Made by a program: the position numbers and the translations under genes. This document shows positions 1-13,642 of a stretch of DNA of 64,000 nt, piece by piece (position 1 is the stretch's first letter; the number at the start of each line of letters is the position of its first letter). Source of the stretch: Octopus vulgaris (taxonomy: Eukaryota). Location: positions 22,630,001 to 22,694,000 of the forward strand of contig OX597818.1 in NCBI GenBank assembly GCA_951406725.2. Direction: 5' to 3'. Under the pieces are notes generated by a model that worked only from the letters and a program-made list of their open reading frames with translations, did not search any database and was not told where the DNA came from.

Positions 1-1
1 G

Positions 2-830
2 CAGTTACCGTGGAGGAAAAAATTCTCTCTTATGGTGAAAATGTGTTAAAACACCAAACTTGTCCAATGTTGCCCCTGTCGAATTTCCAGACGCGTTTCT
101 CTTGCTCTTTTGCAGTTATCAATGGGAAATACCGAAGAGAGAAAACTTTGAGCAGACTTAATTAAAGCCGTAACTTTAACAAAATACAGGCAAGAACATT
201 GACTGAGTTGAACCATTAAGCCGCCAGGTCGGAATAATTTAAAGTTCGCTTAAGCCTAAACACTGCTTGGCGTTGATACTGCTGTAATTTTTTCCGACCT
301 GGCAGTCTAATGGCGCGACTCAGTCAATGTTGTTGACAGTTTTACTTAAGGCAACGGCTTTAATTGTGGAGGCGCAATGGATCAGTGGTTAGGGTTGCAG
401 ACTTGCGGTCGGAGGATCGCGGTTTCGATTCCCAGACCGTGCGTTGCGTGTGTTTATTGAGCGAAAACACCTAAAAGCTTCACAAGGCTCCGGCAGCGTG
501 TGGTGGTGACTCCTGCTGTATTCTTTCGCCACAACTCTCTCTTCCTGTTTCCTTGAGTAACGCTGTGATGGACTGGCGTCCCGCCCAGCTGGAGGGAACA
601 CATACGCCACAGAAACCGGGAAACCGGGCCGATGAGCCTGGCTAAGCTTGAAAAGGGCGGAAAAAACGGCTTTAATTAAGTCAGTCAGAGTTTTCGCTCT
701 TCGATATTACCCATTATGACGGCTAAAGAACTAGAAACGCGTCTAGGAATCTGACAGGAGCAGCACTAGACAAATATGGTGTTCTTACACCCTTTTACTG
801 TAAGACAGAATTTGTTCTGCACGGTAACTG
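2..830. mobile_element. Long imperfect palindromic (foldback/MITE-like) element, probably continuing past the window start, interrupted by a SINE
   Basis: cagttaccgtggaggaaaaaattctctctta (from 2) matches the reverse complement of taagacagaatttgttctgcacggtaactg (to 830). Inner arms aacattgactgagt..ccaggtcggaa / ttccgacctgg..actcagtcaatgtt also pair. Confidence 0.8.
366..664 (+). mobile_element. tRNA-derived SINE with 13-bp TSD
   Basis: Head has A-box-like tggatcagtgg and B-box-like ggtttcgattccc. TSD aacggctttaatt at 353-365 and 665-677. A related head occurs at 16220. Confidence 0.85.
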
Positions 831-1013
831 AAGTGAATTTGCCTTGAAAAGTAGAATCATTTCACAAACATATTTTAACTACGAGTACGGGAAAACCTAC
901 TTATTTTTTTCTGTCGGGGGCTTATATGCCCCATTATTAGATTATTTCCTTTAGCCATTGCACAGTGATCGCTTATAAGCTTATAAAATACTATCATTAT
1001 TATTTACAGAATA

Positions 1014-1156
1014 ATGTATGTATGTATGTATGTATGTATGTATGTATGTATGTATGTATGTATGTATGTATGTATGTATGTATGTGTGTATGCATGTATG
1101 TATGTATGTATGTATGTATGTATGTATGTATGTATGTATGTATGTATGTATGTATG
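1014..1156. repeat. (TATG)n microsatellite, representative of dozens of (TA)n, (TATG)n, (TATC)n, (CA)n, (TTC)n and (TTA)n tracts in the window
   Basis: Directly visible tandem repeat. Confidence 0.98.
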
Positions 1157-1637
1157 CTGACTGGACTACTAACTTTCTTTTGCTCTTAGATTTCAACAAG
1201 GTAACATCGACTCCTTCTGTCTCCAGCAGTCGATTTTCTGAATTTGCGCTCTAACGAATTCTTCCACCGTCTAGGCTTAAAAAAGCACTCATTGTTGGTT
1301 TCCTTGTCCTGTTTTTATTCTTTACATGTACTGTATTTTTATTTGTATTGCTTTTACGTCCTGTTCTTGTCACTTGTTTTCTTTCCTTGTTTTACCCCTC
1401 TGCAAAAGAATTTTATTTAATTCATTTTGCAGGAAGGATTGCTTCGGCCGGATCGTGTTCTGCCCTTACCTTCGAAACACGCATTGAGTCGAACCAGGCG
1501 CAGCTGATGAAGGGGAATATTCTTTGTATTGTTTGTCTTGTACTCTGTTTTATGGTTGTTAAAAAAAGTCCGTTTCCTTGTTTGTTTTTATGTTTTCGTT
1601 TCTCGTTGAGTTCTACGTTTATTTGTGGTGTCCTGTA

Positions 1638-1640
<3 letters not shown>
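1157..1640 (+). mobile_element. Penelope-like terminal (pLTR-type) fragment between microsatellites, family A
   Basis: Shares an upstream hairpin, the ribozyme module and a T-rich tail ending gtcctgtac with 60641-61829 and 62300-62612; the hairpin and ribozyme are also in 8095-8620(-). Penelope assignment is inferred from architecture. Confidence 0.6.
1454..1517 (+). ncRNA. Hammerhead ribozyme motif, non-circularly permuted strand order
   Basis: cgtGUU ctgccct ta ccttc GAAAC acg -14 nt- agg(c)gcag CUGAUGA aggggaa. Stem III cgtgt/acacg; stem I ctgc-cct/agg-gcag. Confidence 0.65.
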
Positions 1641-1671
<31 letters not shown>

Positions 1672-1818
1672 CGAAAGTTGCAAAAAAAGCAACAAAATAG
1701 CTTTGACAAAAGAAAAACTTGGATATTTAATAAATGAGTAGAATTTAAACAGTGTGTGCGTTAATTATATTGGCATGATGACTCTCCCTAGACACAACTA
1801 TATATATACATATATATA

Positions 1819-1854
<36 letters not shown>

Positions 1855-2356
1855 TGTATGTATGTATGTATGTATGCATGCATGCATGCGTGTATGTATG
1901 TTTGTATGTTTGTATATATATATATATATATGAGACTTTAGGTCAGTGGGCAAACTGTGGCCTGCAAGATTTTCTGAATGGTACGCCATATTTTACGAGG
2001 AAAATGACAGATGCATAATGGAGCTATGTCTTATGCGGTCTGCTTCTCAAAACAGGTTGACTAAGCTTACTGCAAGTGATTGGTCGACCTGTTAAAAATA
2101 ACAGACGAATAGCCTCTCGAATCATACATAATACTGTCTTAAAGAAGGGTACATTGCTTGATGTATTTTGGAGCACACAATACCTTGTCAATCAAAACAA
2201 GTATGAAATCATTAGAGCTCGAATACTTTTGATTATAGGTATGCGGAAACTCGAGCTCATTTGGAGATAAAGAGCAAGAAGAAGAAGAAGAAGAAGAAGA
2301 AGAAGAAGAAGAAGAAGAAGAAGAAGAAGAAGAAGAAGAAGAAGAAGAAGAAGAAG

Positions 2357-2387
<31 letters not shown>

Positions 2388-2810
2388 GCAGGAACGACGA
2401 CGACGACAATAACAGCAACAAGAACAACAGCAGCAGCAATAACAACAACAATTTTCTGGCACGAGAACCGTCCAGAAAATGAGGAAAACCTTAACTCATG
2501 TGAATTACTCGATTCCTCAAGTGATAGATGATAGACGAAATAAGTCAATATTAGCGGGAATTGAACGCAAAACCAAGAGGCACAATACGTATATTCTGCA
2601 CTTTTCCACCCCACCTTTTCCGTTGCAACAACCCCCCTCCCATCCCCTAGTTCTTTCAGCCAAATCTTCATAGCAGACTAAACTGAAGAACTCATCAAAA
2701 TTTATTTTGCCTTTGAAGTTTTCGAAATCTTCATAGTTTCTTTATTCTCTTTCTTCTGGTCTCCTTTTCCTTTAACTATTTCTTTCTTTCTTTCTTTCTT
2801 TCTTTCTTTT

Positions 2811-2880
<70 letters not shown>

Positions 2881-3717
2881 TTTTTTCTATCTCTATTTGA
2901 TTGCATTTTTACTTGTCCTTTTCCATTCTTCTTCTTCTTCTTCTTCTTCTTCTTCTTCTTCTTCTTCTTCTTCTTCTTCTTCTTCTTCTTCTTCTTCTTC
3001 TTCTTCTTCTTCTTCTTCTTCTTCTTCTTCTGTCCTTTCATCGTTACCTTTTCTTCCCTAGTCCTATCACTGTCACATTCTACCTCTGTCCCCTCTCTTA
3101 GTCACTGCCCTCCTTTCTTTCTGTTCTTCTTCTTCCTTTCTTCTTTTCCTTCACCCATTCTTTCTCTTTTCCTTTGTGTCCTTCTTTCTCTTTCTCTTCC
3201 CCTCTTCCCTGTCCTCTCACCGTTTCTGCCTTCCTTCCTCTCTCTTCTCCTCCCCACTTACACCTACCTCGAATAATATAAATTTTTTTTGGACTTTCTT
3301 AAACGAAATTCCTTTGAACTCCGGAACAATCTTCCTTCCATTGTTCCATTCAATCCAAATCCACTCTGGCTGTATGCATGCATGCATGCATGCATGTATG
3401 TATGCATGCATGTATGTATGTATGTATGTATGTATGTATGTATGTATGTATGTCTGCATGTATGTATGTATGTATGTATGTATGTATGTATGTATGTATG
3501 TATGTATGTATGTATGCATGTATGTATGTATGTATGTATGTATGTATGTATGTATGTATGCTTGTATGTGTATGTATGTGTGCGTGCATGCATGCATGTA
3601 TGCATGTATGTATGCATGCATGCATGCAAGCATGTATGTATGTGCGTGCATTCTCACATGTATATATATTTTATGAAGCTATGTGCGTATGTACTAGTCT
3701 CTCTCTCTCACTCTTTC

Positions 3718-3749
<32 letters not shown>

Positions 3750-3763
3750 TATAGTGAGAGATT

Positions 3764-3801
<38 letters not shown>

Positions 3802-4279
3802 TTATATATACACATGTTTATATACAGATATATCTACATATTTATACACACACATATACACACACATGTGCAGGTGTATAAGAATGGCTAATTAGGTATA
3901 TGTCTATGTTGCTGTAGATACGAGCACATATACAAATGTGGTGCTCGTGTATATATATGCAGGTATAAATGCATCCATGTTTAGGTGTATATGTATGCAT
4001 GTATAGATGCATATACAAGCATATATATATATGTATATGTATTATATGTATATATATATATGCATACATGTATATATATACGTATATATATGTGTGTATG
4101 TATATAAATATACACATAACTATGTACATATACATTTGTATATGTACATGTATACACACACACGTACACACACATACACATATGTGAGTGTATATATATA
4201 TACGTGCGTATATACATACATATATATATATACATATATATGTAGTATATATATATATGTGTGTGTGTAGTATACATAA

Positions 4280-4314
<35 letters not shown>

Positions 4315-5767
4315 AGTGTATGTGTATATATATGCACACATACACACACACACATATATATGTTTATATATATATATATATTCATATACACATAGACCCA
4401 CATAAATGCCAACGTATGGATATAAGTATGTATGTATGTATGTATGTATGTATGTATGTATGTATGTATGTATGTATGTATGTGTGTATGTATGTATGTA
4501 TGTATGTATGTATGTATGTGCGAGTAATAGTGTGAAGGTGTGCGAGTATGCGTGTTTGCGTATATGTATGTGCCCGTTTGTGTGCGCGCATGTGTGTGAA
4601 CGAGAGTTTGAGGTTTGCTGTGCGTGTATACATGAAAAGCATGTTTGATTGCATGCCTTCATGCGTGTGGACGCGTCGCTTCTATGCGTGGTGTTATAAG
4701 GTAAGGCGTACGCTTTGCCTTTTTGACTGCGCATGAAAACGGATATATGGAAGCATGCATACGTGCATGTACGTACGTTCGTATATATGCCTATATGTAT
4801 TTATGTATGCATGTATGTATGTAGGTATGTATGTATGTATGTATTCCTGTGTGGCTGGATGAGGAAGGGGGAGAAGTGTGGTTTGGACGGTCGGCCTGTC
4901 GGTCGGTCGGCCGATGTCTCGGTGGGTCGGTGAACGGTACAAAAGATAGAGGGTAGGGGTGGGATGGCGGGCTCATTTTAAGCAATACAAAATGCGCTTT
5001 TTCTTCAAAAGAATATATTTAAGTAGAATACCGCTTATGCAAGCTAACATTAATATTTAATCTGATTACGAAATATCAGAAGTTTGGAGATCAAAGGATA
5101 GTGAAATAGTGAAATATCTTGTTTATATGAATGGTTATATATATATATAATTATATACATACATACACACAAACACACATACATATATGTATATATGTAC
5201 TTACGTATGTACACACGTATATATGTACGCACGTATGCATGAAAGTATGTATGTATGTATGTATGTATGTATGTATGTATGTATGTATGTATGTATGTAT
5301 GTATGTATGTATGTATGTATGTATGTGTGTATGTATGTGTGTATATATGTATGTTAGTTGTGTGCGAGTGTGAAAACTTCAGAAAAGAAGCTTGGGGTAG
5401 ATGGGATTTTCAGGGAATATATTTGCGGGTGGGAAAACATTTCTCTGCGCTTTTATTTTATTTTATTTTATTTACTATTTTTTTTTTTTGTGAGGTTACA
5501 TCCTGAAGTAATCTACATGAACTATCCTTTGGTACATTATTGTACGCGCGCGTGTGTGAGTGTATGTGTGTGTGTGTATGTGTGTATGTGTGTGTGTGTA
5601 TGTGTGTGTGTGTGTGTATGCACCATAACGACGCGACAAACTGTACCCTTGAGATGGGAAAAATGGTCGACTCGAAAATATTAGTCTATCTGTCTGTGTA
5701 TTTGTCTGTCTTCACACACACACACACACGCACACACACACACATATATGTGTGCGTATATCCTTCC

Positions 5768-5867
<100 letters not shown>

Positions 5868-5941
5868 GACTGACTGTCTATCTATCTATCTACTTATCGA
5901 TCTATCTGTCTATCTGTGCGTGTGTGTATGTGTGTGTATAT

Positions 5942-6003
<62 letters not shown>

Positions 6004-6107
6004 TCTGACTGAAGAATGAAGGCTCTGAATGACTGTCTGTTTTCCGTGTTCGTCAATTCGTGAATTTCACGTTCTTTATATATAAAGTTTTATTCTATAT
6101 ATATACT

Positions 6108-6145
<38 letters not shown>

Positions 6146-6189
6146 TATAAATATGTGTGTGTATGTGTATATATATATACATTTATATA

Positions 6190-6617
6190 TAAATGGAACA
6201 AAAACGCAATAGAGTACACTGAAACATTCGGACAGATAGATGATACAAAGATGGACAAGAGAAACAACAATTAGAAGGACAGGCATAAAAAGCCGTATCG
6301 TTCGTGGCCTTTTTTCCTCACTCAAGTACCAGAAGTCACGACCGTTTCGGGCAGTTACACTTGAGACGGTTCGATCTGGTTGCCCCACGAAAATGTCTAA
6401 GCTAAGAGCATTAGACACCTTTGTAAGAAAGCTAGCAAATGTGTGCGGCAACAAAAGACACAAAACAGAGAACATGGTACAGAAAAAGAGGAAAATGGGA
6501 GAACATGGTACACAATTACGAATACAAACAACAAGAAAATAACAACAGGTGTCTTTCGACTGAGAACGAATCAACTTGAGCTGGCGTGTATGAAGTGAAA
6601 GCCTAAAGGCAGGAACA
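6190..6617 (-). mobile_element. Penelope-like terminal fragment, family B-related
   Basis: Bounded by AT microsatellite. Carries a permuted hammerhead. Its end resembles 11275-11440, 32727-32837 and 61985-62114. Confidence 0.55.
6307..6370 (-). ncRNA. Non-circularly permuted hammerhead motif (C3 mutated to G)
   Basis: Minus strand: accGUC tcaagt gtaact gccc GAAAC ggt -13 nt- acttga gUGAGGA aaaaa ggc. Stem III accgt/acggt and stem I tcaagt/acttga are perfect. Confidence 0.65.
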
Positions 6618-7053
6618 TATATATACAAGTATGTATGCATGCTTTCATATCTTTATATACTGATGTATACCTATTTCTTAAAATACACCAAGTAGAATTT
6701 TCAGAGAGTAGTTAAAGAAAGTGCTCAATATATTTGTGTATAGTGTGTGTGTTAATATATTTGTTTACAGAATAAATATTTCAGAGTTTAGATACTATAG
6801 ATGAGATACAATTGAATCGCTACTTCTCTCTCTCCCTCTCTCTCTAGTCAGCAGGTGTGATCCAGAGATGCTCAAAATATAAAAAAAAAAACGTGATAGT
6901 GCTCTATTGATTTGAACTTACACTCCAAAATCTTTACCGTGGACTAAGTACACGGGGTAAAGAGTGGCTATAAGAGGAATCAATGTATCATGTATATGTA
7001 CATCTAAATATATGTATGTACATCTATACACACACACACACACACGCACACGC

Positions 7054-7152
<99 letters not shown>

Positions 7153-7204
7153 GAGAGAGAGATAATCAAAAACGAAAATATTCATTCATGTATAATTATA
7201 TAGA

Positions 7205-7556
7205 TATTTATATCTTTAGAGAACAGATTGATTTAAAATACAAAAAATACAGGAAATTAAGGGAAAACGTCATGGTATTTCGGATCTGATATCTTTTTCT
7301 GGCGGCTCGGTATTACGTAATAGTCGTGATGTTGGCAGGTGGATTGTGCAAAAAAAAAGCCAAGGATATGCATCCATTACTGGTTAAATATCATTGACTT
7401 ACTGGTTACATATCCTTGACATACGTCATGTGCTAACATTACAATTATTATGTAATTCCAAGCGCCCAGAAACAGCTGTCGGACCCCAAATACCAAGATG
7501 TCTCCCCTTAGTTTTCTGTACTCCGAGTAAATCAGTTCTGTAAATATATAAATGTA
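7205..7556. mobile_element. Palindromic MITE-like element
   Basis: tacaggaaattaagggaaaacgtcatggtatttcggatctga pairs imperfectly with tcggaccccaaataccaagatgtctccccttagttttctgta. Arms exceed 100 bp. Confidence 0.65.
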
Positions 7557-7695
7557 CTTTTATGAAGATGATCATCTGTATATTTTCAGTTTTTGTTTCT
7601 CTCTATGTATCCTCATATATATTTATTTGTACATATGTATATATATATATTGTATATATCAAGCCTAGGTGTCTTTATTTGTTTATTTGCATCAT

Positions 7696-7760
<65 letters not shown>

Positions 7761-8094
7761 CTCTCTCTCTCTCTCTCTCTCTGTATACACACACACATAC
7801 ACTCACACACACACACACACACACACAGATATATTGGATAATAAAAAGAATGGTCTACACTTGGTTGTTTACTAGTAAAGTACGGTCACTTACACAGTAA
7901 TCGTTATGTATATGGCAAATAAGACCATAACGACATGACAAACTGTACCCTTGATATGTGAGATATGGCTGACATCGAAAATATTAGTCTATCTAGCAGA
8001 TGCTTGTATGAGCAAGTGTACTCGCGCCATACAGTTTGCTTGAGGGCGTTTATATATCCATATTTGTTAACAATTATTTTTAATTCTTTTCTCG

Positions 8095-8620
8095 CTGTAT
8101 TGCGTGTTCGTTTCTCAGGACATAAAAAACACGTAGACAAAATGAGAAACGAGAACAAAATAAAAAAACATAGAAAACGAACTTTTTTCGAACAACGAAA
8201 GAAATAAACAGGAAGAAACGAGAAGGCAACACAAAGAACCTTCCCTTCATCAGTCGTCCCCTGTATTAGCTACACCGCGTTCGAAGGTAGGGACAAGACG
8301 CGACTTCGTTAAAATAGTCCTCCCCGAAAAGCAAATCAAATAAAATTTGGGATATTTTGCGGAGGGTGAAAGTGGTAACAAGAACAGGACAGTGAGAACA
8401 AAACAGTAAAAACAAACGGTGAGGGCTGTTAAGTCAAGACGATGTGAAGTGGTGAACGCTGGAAAAACGAGCTTTGAGAAGAGACAGGTAAAAGCACGTC
8501 TTGTCTTTAGGAAGGAAGTGGAAGAAAGAAAGATGTGAGATGGTCACCAGGAAAGATGGTCACGTGTGAGCAACGTGAGAGTCAAGGAGGAAGAGTGAGA
8601 GAGGGAACAGTGAAGGGGAG
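8095..8620 (-). mobile_element. Penelope-like terminal fragment, family A
   Basis: Reverse complement has the same hairpin, permuted hammerhead and T-rich tail as 1157-1640. Confidence 0.6.
8238..8302 (-). ncRNA. Non-circularly permuted hammerhead motif (one A lost from GAAA)
   Basis: Minus strand: cgcGUC ttgtccct accttc GAAC gcg -13 nt- aggggacga CUGAUGA agg gaaggt. Confidence 0.6.
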
Positions 8621-8680
8621 GTGTGTGTGTATGTATATATATATATGTATGTACATATGTATATATGTATGTGTGTGTGT

Positions 8681-8729
<49 letters not shown>

Positions 8730-9406
8730 CATATACATATATATATATATACATACATATATATATATACATACACACACACCTCCCCTTCACTGTTCCC
8801 TCTCTCACTCTTCCTCCTTATGGCCACAGCTCATAAGCTGAAACTAGAATCAATCAATCAATCATACATATATACATATGTATATATATAGATAGATTGA
8901 TTCATACATACATGCATGAGTATATTCATATATGTCTACCTATTTATATGTATATATATGTGTATACACACATGCGCACACACACACACACAGACACGCA
9001 CGCGGGAACACACACACATGCAAGTCTTCATCGATAACTCTCTCTTGCTCTCTTTCAGACTTTATATACCTACATACACACATAAATACACATATGTGTG
9101 TATGTGTGTATGTGTGTATGTTTGTATGTGTGTGTATATATAGGTATGTCTATACATATATGTGTATGTGTTTGTATGTGTACATATACATATAATACAT
9201 ATACTTACACGCATAACTCCATATATGTACTCACACATACAAACACGTAATATAAATTATTGAATTAGCGAAAGAGGAGTTCCATATCTAATACATTAAT
9301 CTTTGAAATATAACAATTTGCTTTACAATTGTTCGTAACTTGCATAACTTTGGATTACTAGTCACCTTGATCTTTGATTTAAGAATTTTTCTCTCTTAAA
9401 CATATA

Positions 9407-9439
<33 letters not shown>

Positions 9440-9472
9440 ATATGTAAATATGTATATATGTTTATATATATG

Positions 9473-9505
<33 letters not shown>

Positions 9506-9558
9506 ATATATATATGTGTATATGCATATGTAAATATGTATATATGTTTATATATATG

Positions 9559-9591
<33 letters not shown>

Positions 9592-10101
9592 ATATATGTA
9601 TATGCATGCGCGCGTGTGTATATATGTATGTGTGCGCATATATATATATATATATATGCGCACACATACATATATACACACGCGCACACACACACCACAT
9701 GCAGGCGCTCACACGCGCACACATACATATTTAGTTTTTTTATAGTATAATATAATTTAAAAGCTGGTTTACCAATAGATCCATTATAATTTTCGGTTTC
9801 ACCGTCTCTTCGGATTATCAGGCAATATTATTAATCCATCTTTATTCTAGGAATGTTGAGGTAATCCTCCGAGATTTCAATAAAATTGTTCGAGGAAATA
9901 TCACTGTATTATGTTGCCTGTCATTTAAAATTGTTTACCACAATTGACACATACACATACACACACATTCACACACGTACAACCACACATATTTACCCAC
10001 AAGTACACCCACAGACATATACCCATACATGCACCCACACACACGCGGTAGCGCGTGAGCATACACATAAACTGCATATGCATAAACATATATGTTATAT
10101 A

Positions 10102-10360
10102 TTTTATCTTTTATTTGTTTCAGTCATTTGACTGTGGCCATGCCGGGGTCCCGCCTTGAAGGGTCTATTTGCTGAACCGTTAAGTTACAGGGACGCAAAC
10201 ACACCAATACGTATATATAGATATATACGATAGGCTTCTTTCAGTTTTCCTCTACGAAATCCACTGACAAGTCTTTGATTAGCCCAAGACTGTAGTAAAG
10301 ACACTTGGCCAAGATGCCAAGTGGAACTGAACCTGGAACCATGTGGTTGGGAAGCAAGCC
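10102..10360 (-). mobile_element. tRNA-derived SINE, family S1 (internal microsatellite type)
   Basis: Reverse complement of S1 motifs gcttcccaaccacatggttcc..catggccacagtcaaatgactgaaac. Confidence 0.85.
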
Positions 10361-10680
10361 GCCTATAGTCACGCGTTGGTTTTAGCGAATACCGTAGTTG
10401 GATGTAGTAGCTTATTTAGGCTGATCCTATGGTCACTTACTTTGGAGTTTCCCCGGCCTATAATTGCTTTCTTAGACAAGAGCGAACCGGATTCAGATTA
10501 TAAATGAACGATGAAACGACTATATATAGTGAAGAAACTCCGAAGTACCAGGCCACTGGATAAGCCAATATGCATACTATACTTAATAAACAAAAGAGAC
10601 AATGAAGCCCTTGGAGCGCCAAGATTCAACCGAAAATATGGATTATGTCACATATCTGTGGAGGACATAGCACATGTATC

Positions 10681-11078
10681 GGTGCAGACGTGGCCGTGAG
10701 GTAAGAAATTTGCTTCCCAACCACATGGTTCCATGTTCAGTCTCACTACGTGGCACCTTGGTCAAGTATCTTCTATCATAGCCTCAGGCCGACCAAAGCC
10801 TTGTGAGTTGATTTGGTAGACGGAAATACACACACACACACACACACGCACGTGGGCGCATGTGTGTATATTTGTTCCCCACCATCGCTTGATGACCGGT
10901 GTTGGTGTGTTTACGTCCCGTAATTCAGCGATTCGTTAAAAGAGACCGATAGAATAAGTACTTGGCTTAGAAATAAAATAAGTCGACTAAAATAGTTCGA
11001 TTAAAATTCCTCAAAGCGGTGCCCCAGCATGGCCACAGTCCCATGACTGAAACAAATAAATTATAAAAGATAAAAGAT
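10681..11078 (+). mobile_element. SINE family S1, full length
   Basis: tRNA-like head, core ccttgtgagt..ggtagacggaaa, internal (CA)n, and tail cagcatggccacagtc..tgactgaaac. Confidence 0.9.
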
Positions 11079-11186
11079 ATGATTAGCAGCTGCCCAAAAT
11101 ATCAATGCGACATGGTGTTGCCGCTAAAACAATACACAATGTCATCCGAAAAATGACTGCCCAGGAATATAGAGAATCCGTTTATT

Positions 11187-11267
<81 letters not shown>

Positions 11268-11274
11268 ATATATA

Positions 11275-11440
11275 ATACAAAATGGGACAAGAACGCAAAA
11301 CAACCGGACAACTAGGTGATACAAAAAGGGACAACAAAGCATCCAGATAGACGATACAAAAAAATAAGGACGAGTCATTCGAAGCTTTCTTTCCTCAGTC
11401 AAGAACCGGATCATCCTCGTAATTTCGGCTGATTAATCTT
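11275..11440 (-). mobile_element. Family B short element with permuted hammerhead truncated within stem I
   Basis: Minus strand: aaga ttaat cagcc GAAAU tac .. tcttga CUGAGGA aagaa agc. Flanked by AT-rich repeats. Confidence 0.6.
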
Positions 11441-11489
11441 ATATTTTAATCTTATATATTAATCTTATATATTATTGAATATATATACA

Positions 11490-11828
11490 TATTCATAAAG
11501 GGTGAAGACTCCCATTCGGTCATGAATGACCATGAGATTACACCTAGAATGTTACCCTCTGAGGCACAAGTCCAGGCAAGGTTGTTTATAGAAGACCAGC
11601 AGTCGCCCATGCATACCAACCTCCCTCTCCACGCCACCGATGTTATCCAAAGGAAAAGCAAAGGCCGATACAGCTTGGCACCAGTGATATCACAACTCAT
11701 TTCTATAGCTGAGTGAACTGGAGCAACGTGAAACAAAGAATCTTGCCCAAGAACTTAACACAAGCCCGGTCCGGGAATCGAACTCGCTACTTCATGATTG
11801 TGAGTCCGGCGCTACCATCACTAAGCCT
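11490..11828 (-). mobile_element. tRNA-derived SINE, family S3
   Basis: B-box gagttcgattcccgg on the minus strand. Core tttcacgttgctccagt shared with 45797-46080. Confidence 0.8.
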
Positions 11829-12393
11829 TCACTACACAGCGCGCGTACACTCACACATAATTATGTTGACGTAAGATTTAGTTACTCCCTGTAATAACAG
11901 AGTATATCTGCGAGAAAAGTCAGTATTTAAAATCCTCATTTATCTTATACGCTATGCAGAGATCGTAAATTATGTTTATCAAAAAATGGAAACGAAGCGA
12001 AACAAAACGATTCCGAACGACGTCGCTGTCAGTCGGCAAACAGCTTTCTTGTGATTGTAAACTTCACACAATGTACCCTATTAATACAGGATAAAAGACG
12101 TAAAATCGCTTAAATTCGTATAAAGGTTTATGAATAGATATATGTCAAAATATATATTAAGATGCACTCTAATAACGTACTTTAGGTAGATGCTCAAGAA
12201 AATCGTTGATAGAATTGCTGAATATAGAGTTTAGAATCTAACAAATGAATGTATTTCATTGGATGACTAACCTACCCAAAATGCAAAAATGCCATTTCCA
12301 TATAATGGTTATTTTAGCAAGTTCAAAGTGATTTCCTTTATACCATAGACCATTTACCATTTTTGTGGTACCTTCCCTTCCCTTGATGCACTA

Positions 12394-12762
12394 CGAAGTC
12401 TGATGAATAAATATCCGGGCTAAAGCATGCAGAGTAAAGTCGCTTGGCACAGATTGACCTTAAACTCTGCTGTGCATGAACAGTAAGTTTTAACGTTCTA
12501 GCTCACTTCCACTGTTTATAGTAGTGCTTGGAAGGAAGGTATGTAGCGTGTGATTGTCACATTGACCATGATAGAGAAAGTTGTCATGGCGGTACCTGTT
12601 CTGAGACCTACGGAAAGTTGCAGAAAGTGTATGAAGAGGAGTCTATGAGCCGCACACAAGTGTACGAGTGGTTCAGGTGTTTCCAAGATGGCCGAAAAAT
12701 GTCGATACTTACGAACGTTCTGGGAGACCCGAAACCAGCAGAACTGACTAAAATATTGCAAA
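12394..12762 (+). mobile_element. Mariner left end and transposase N-terminal remnant (part of a local duplication of 14435-14888)
   Basis: Encodes ETYGKLQKVYEEESMSRTQVYEWFRCFQDGR (mariner HTH). TIR starts ta-cgaagtctgat. Confidence 0.85.
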
Positions 12763-12814
12763 AAATCTGGTGTTTATGTATGTACGTATGTATGTATGTA
12801 TGTCCAGACAGACC

Positions 12815-12943
<129 letters not shown>

Positions 12944-13071
12944 ATGTATGTATGTATGTATGTCTGTCTGTCTCCACCTCTGTGTACATATATATAGATA
13001 TATATGTATGTATGTATATGTATATGTATATGTATGTATATATATATATAAATATATATCAGTAATAATAT

Positions 13072-13554
13072 AGGGTGAAATTAATTAATTTGGAATAATC
13101 ATTAATTTCACCAAGTAGATTTCGGCATGTAAAAGCCCCATTCGAGGAAAGTTTAAGTAATACTAAGTAATTAAGGGTTTAGCAACGATTTGCCTCACCA
13201 CACACCGAGTTTAGAAATAGCAGTCAAAGAGTTATGGCTATTCTTTCTACTTAAAAGGGAGATCTCAGTAAAACCACAGCACTTAAAAGGCAAACGCAGG
13301 CAAAAGAGAAAGAAATGACGACAATCATTCTATATTAAGTCACCTACGGACGTACGTTTCGAAATTAAGTCTTAGGAAAGCATAAAAATTAGATAATTAT
13401 GTCTTACCCGACTATTTTTCTCTTCAGCGTAGGACTCTACAATTATGAATAATTGTATATTAAATATTAAATTTGGAGGTACTAGAAGACATCACAGGTT
13501 TTCTAAACTCGGTGTGTGGTGAGGCAAATCGTTGCTAAACCCTTAATTACTTAG

Positions 13555-13559
<5 letters not shown>
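13072..13559 (-). mobile_element. Penelope-like pLTR fragment with 60-bp inverted terminal copy
   Basis: 13158-13217 is the reverse complement of 13500-13559. Flanked by (TA)n-rich DNA. Contains a type I hammerhead. Confidence 0.7.
13343..13433 (-). ncRNA. Type I hammerhead ribozyme
   Basis: Minus strand: cctacg CUGAAGA gaaa..(long stem II)..tttc GAAAC gtac GUC cgtagg. Stem I is 6 bp; stem III acgtacgt is palindromic. Confidence 0.85.

Positions 13560-13642
<83 letters not shown>

Noticed and set aside
9775-9835. Possible hammerhead on the minus strand
   Set aside because: The core boxes are mutated and I could not build a consistent stem I or III.
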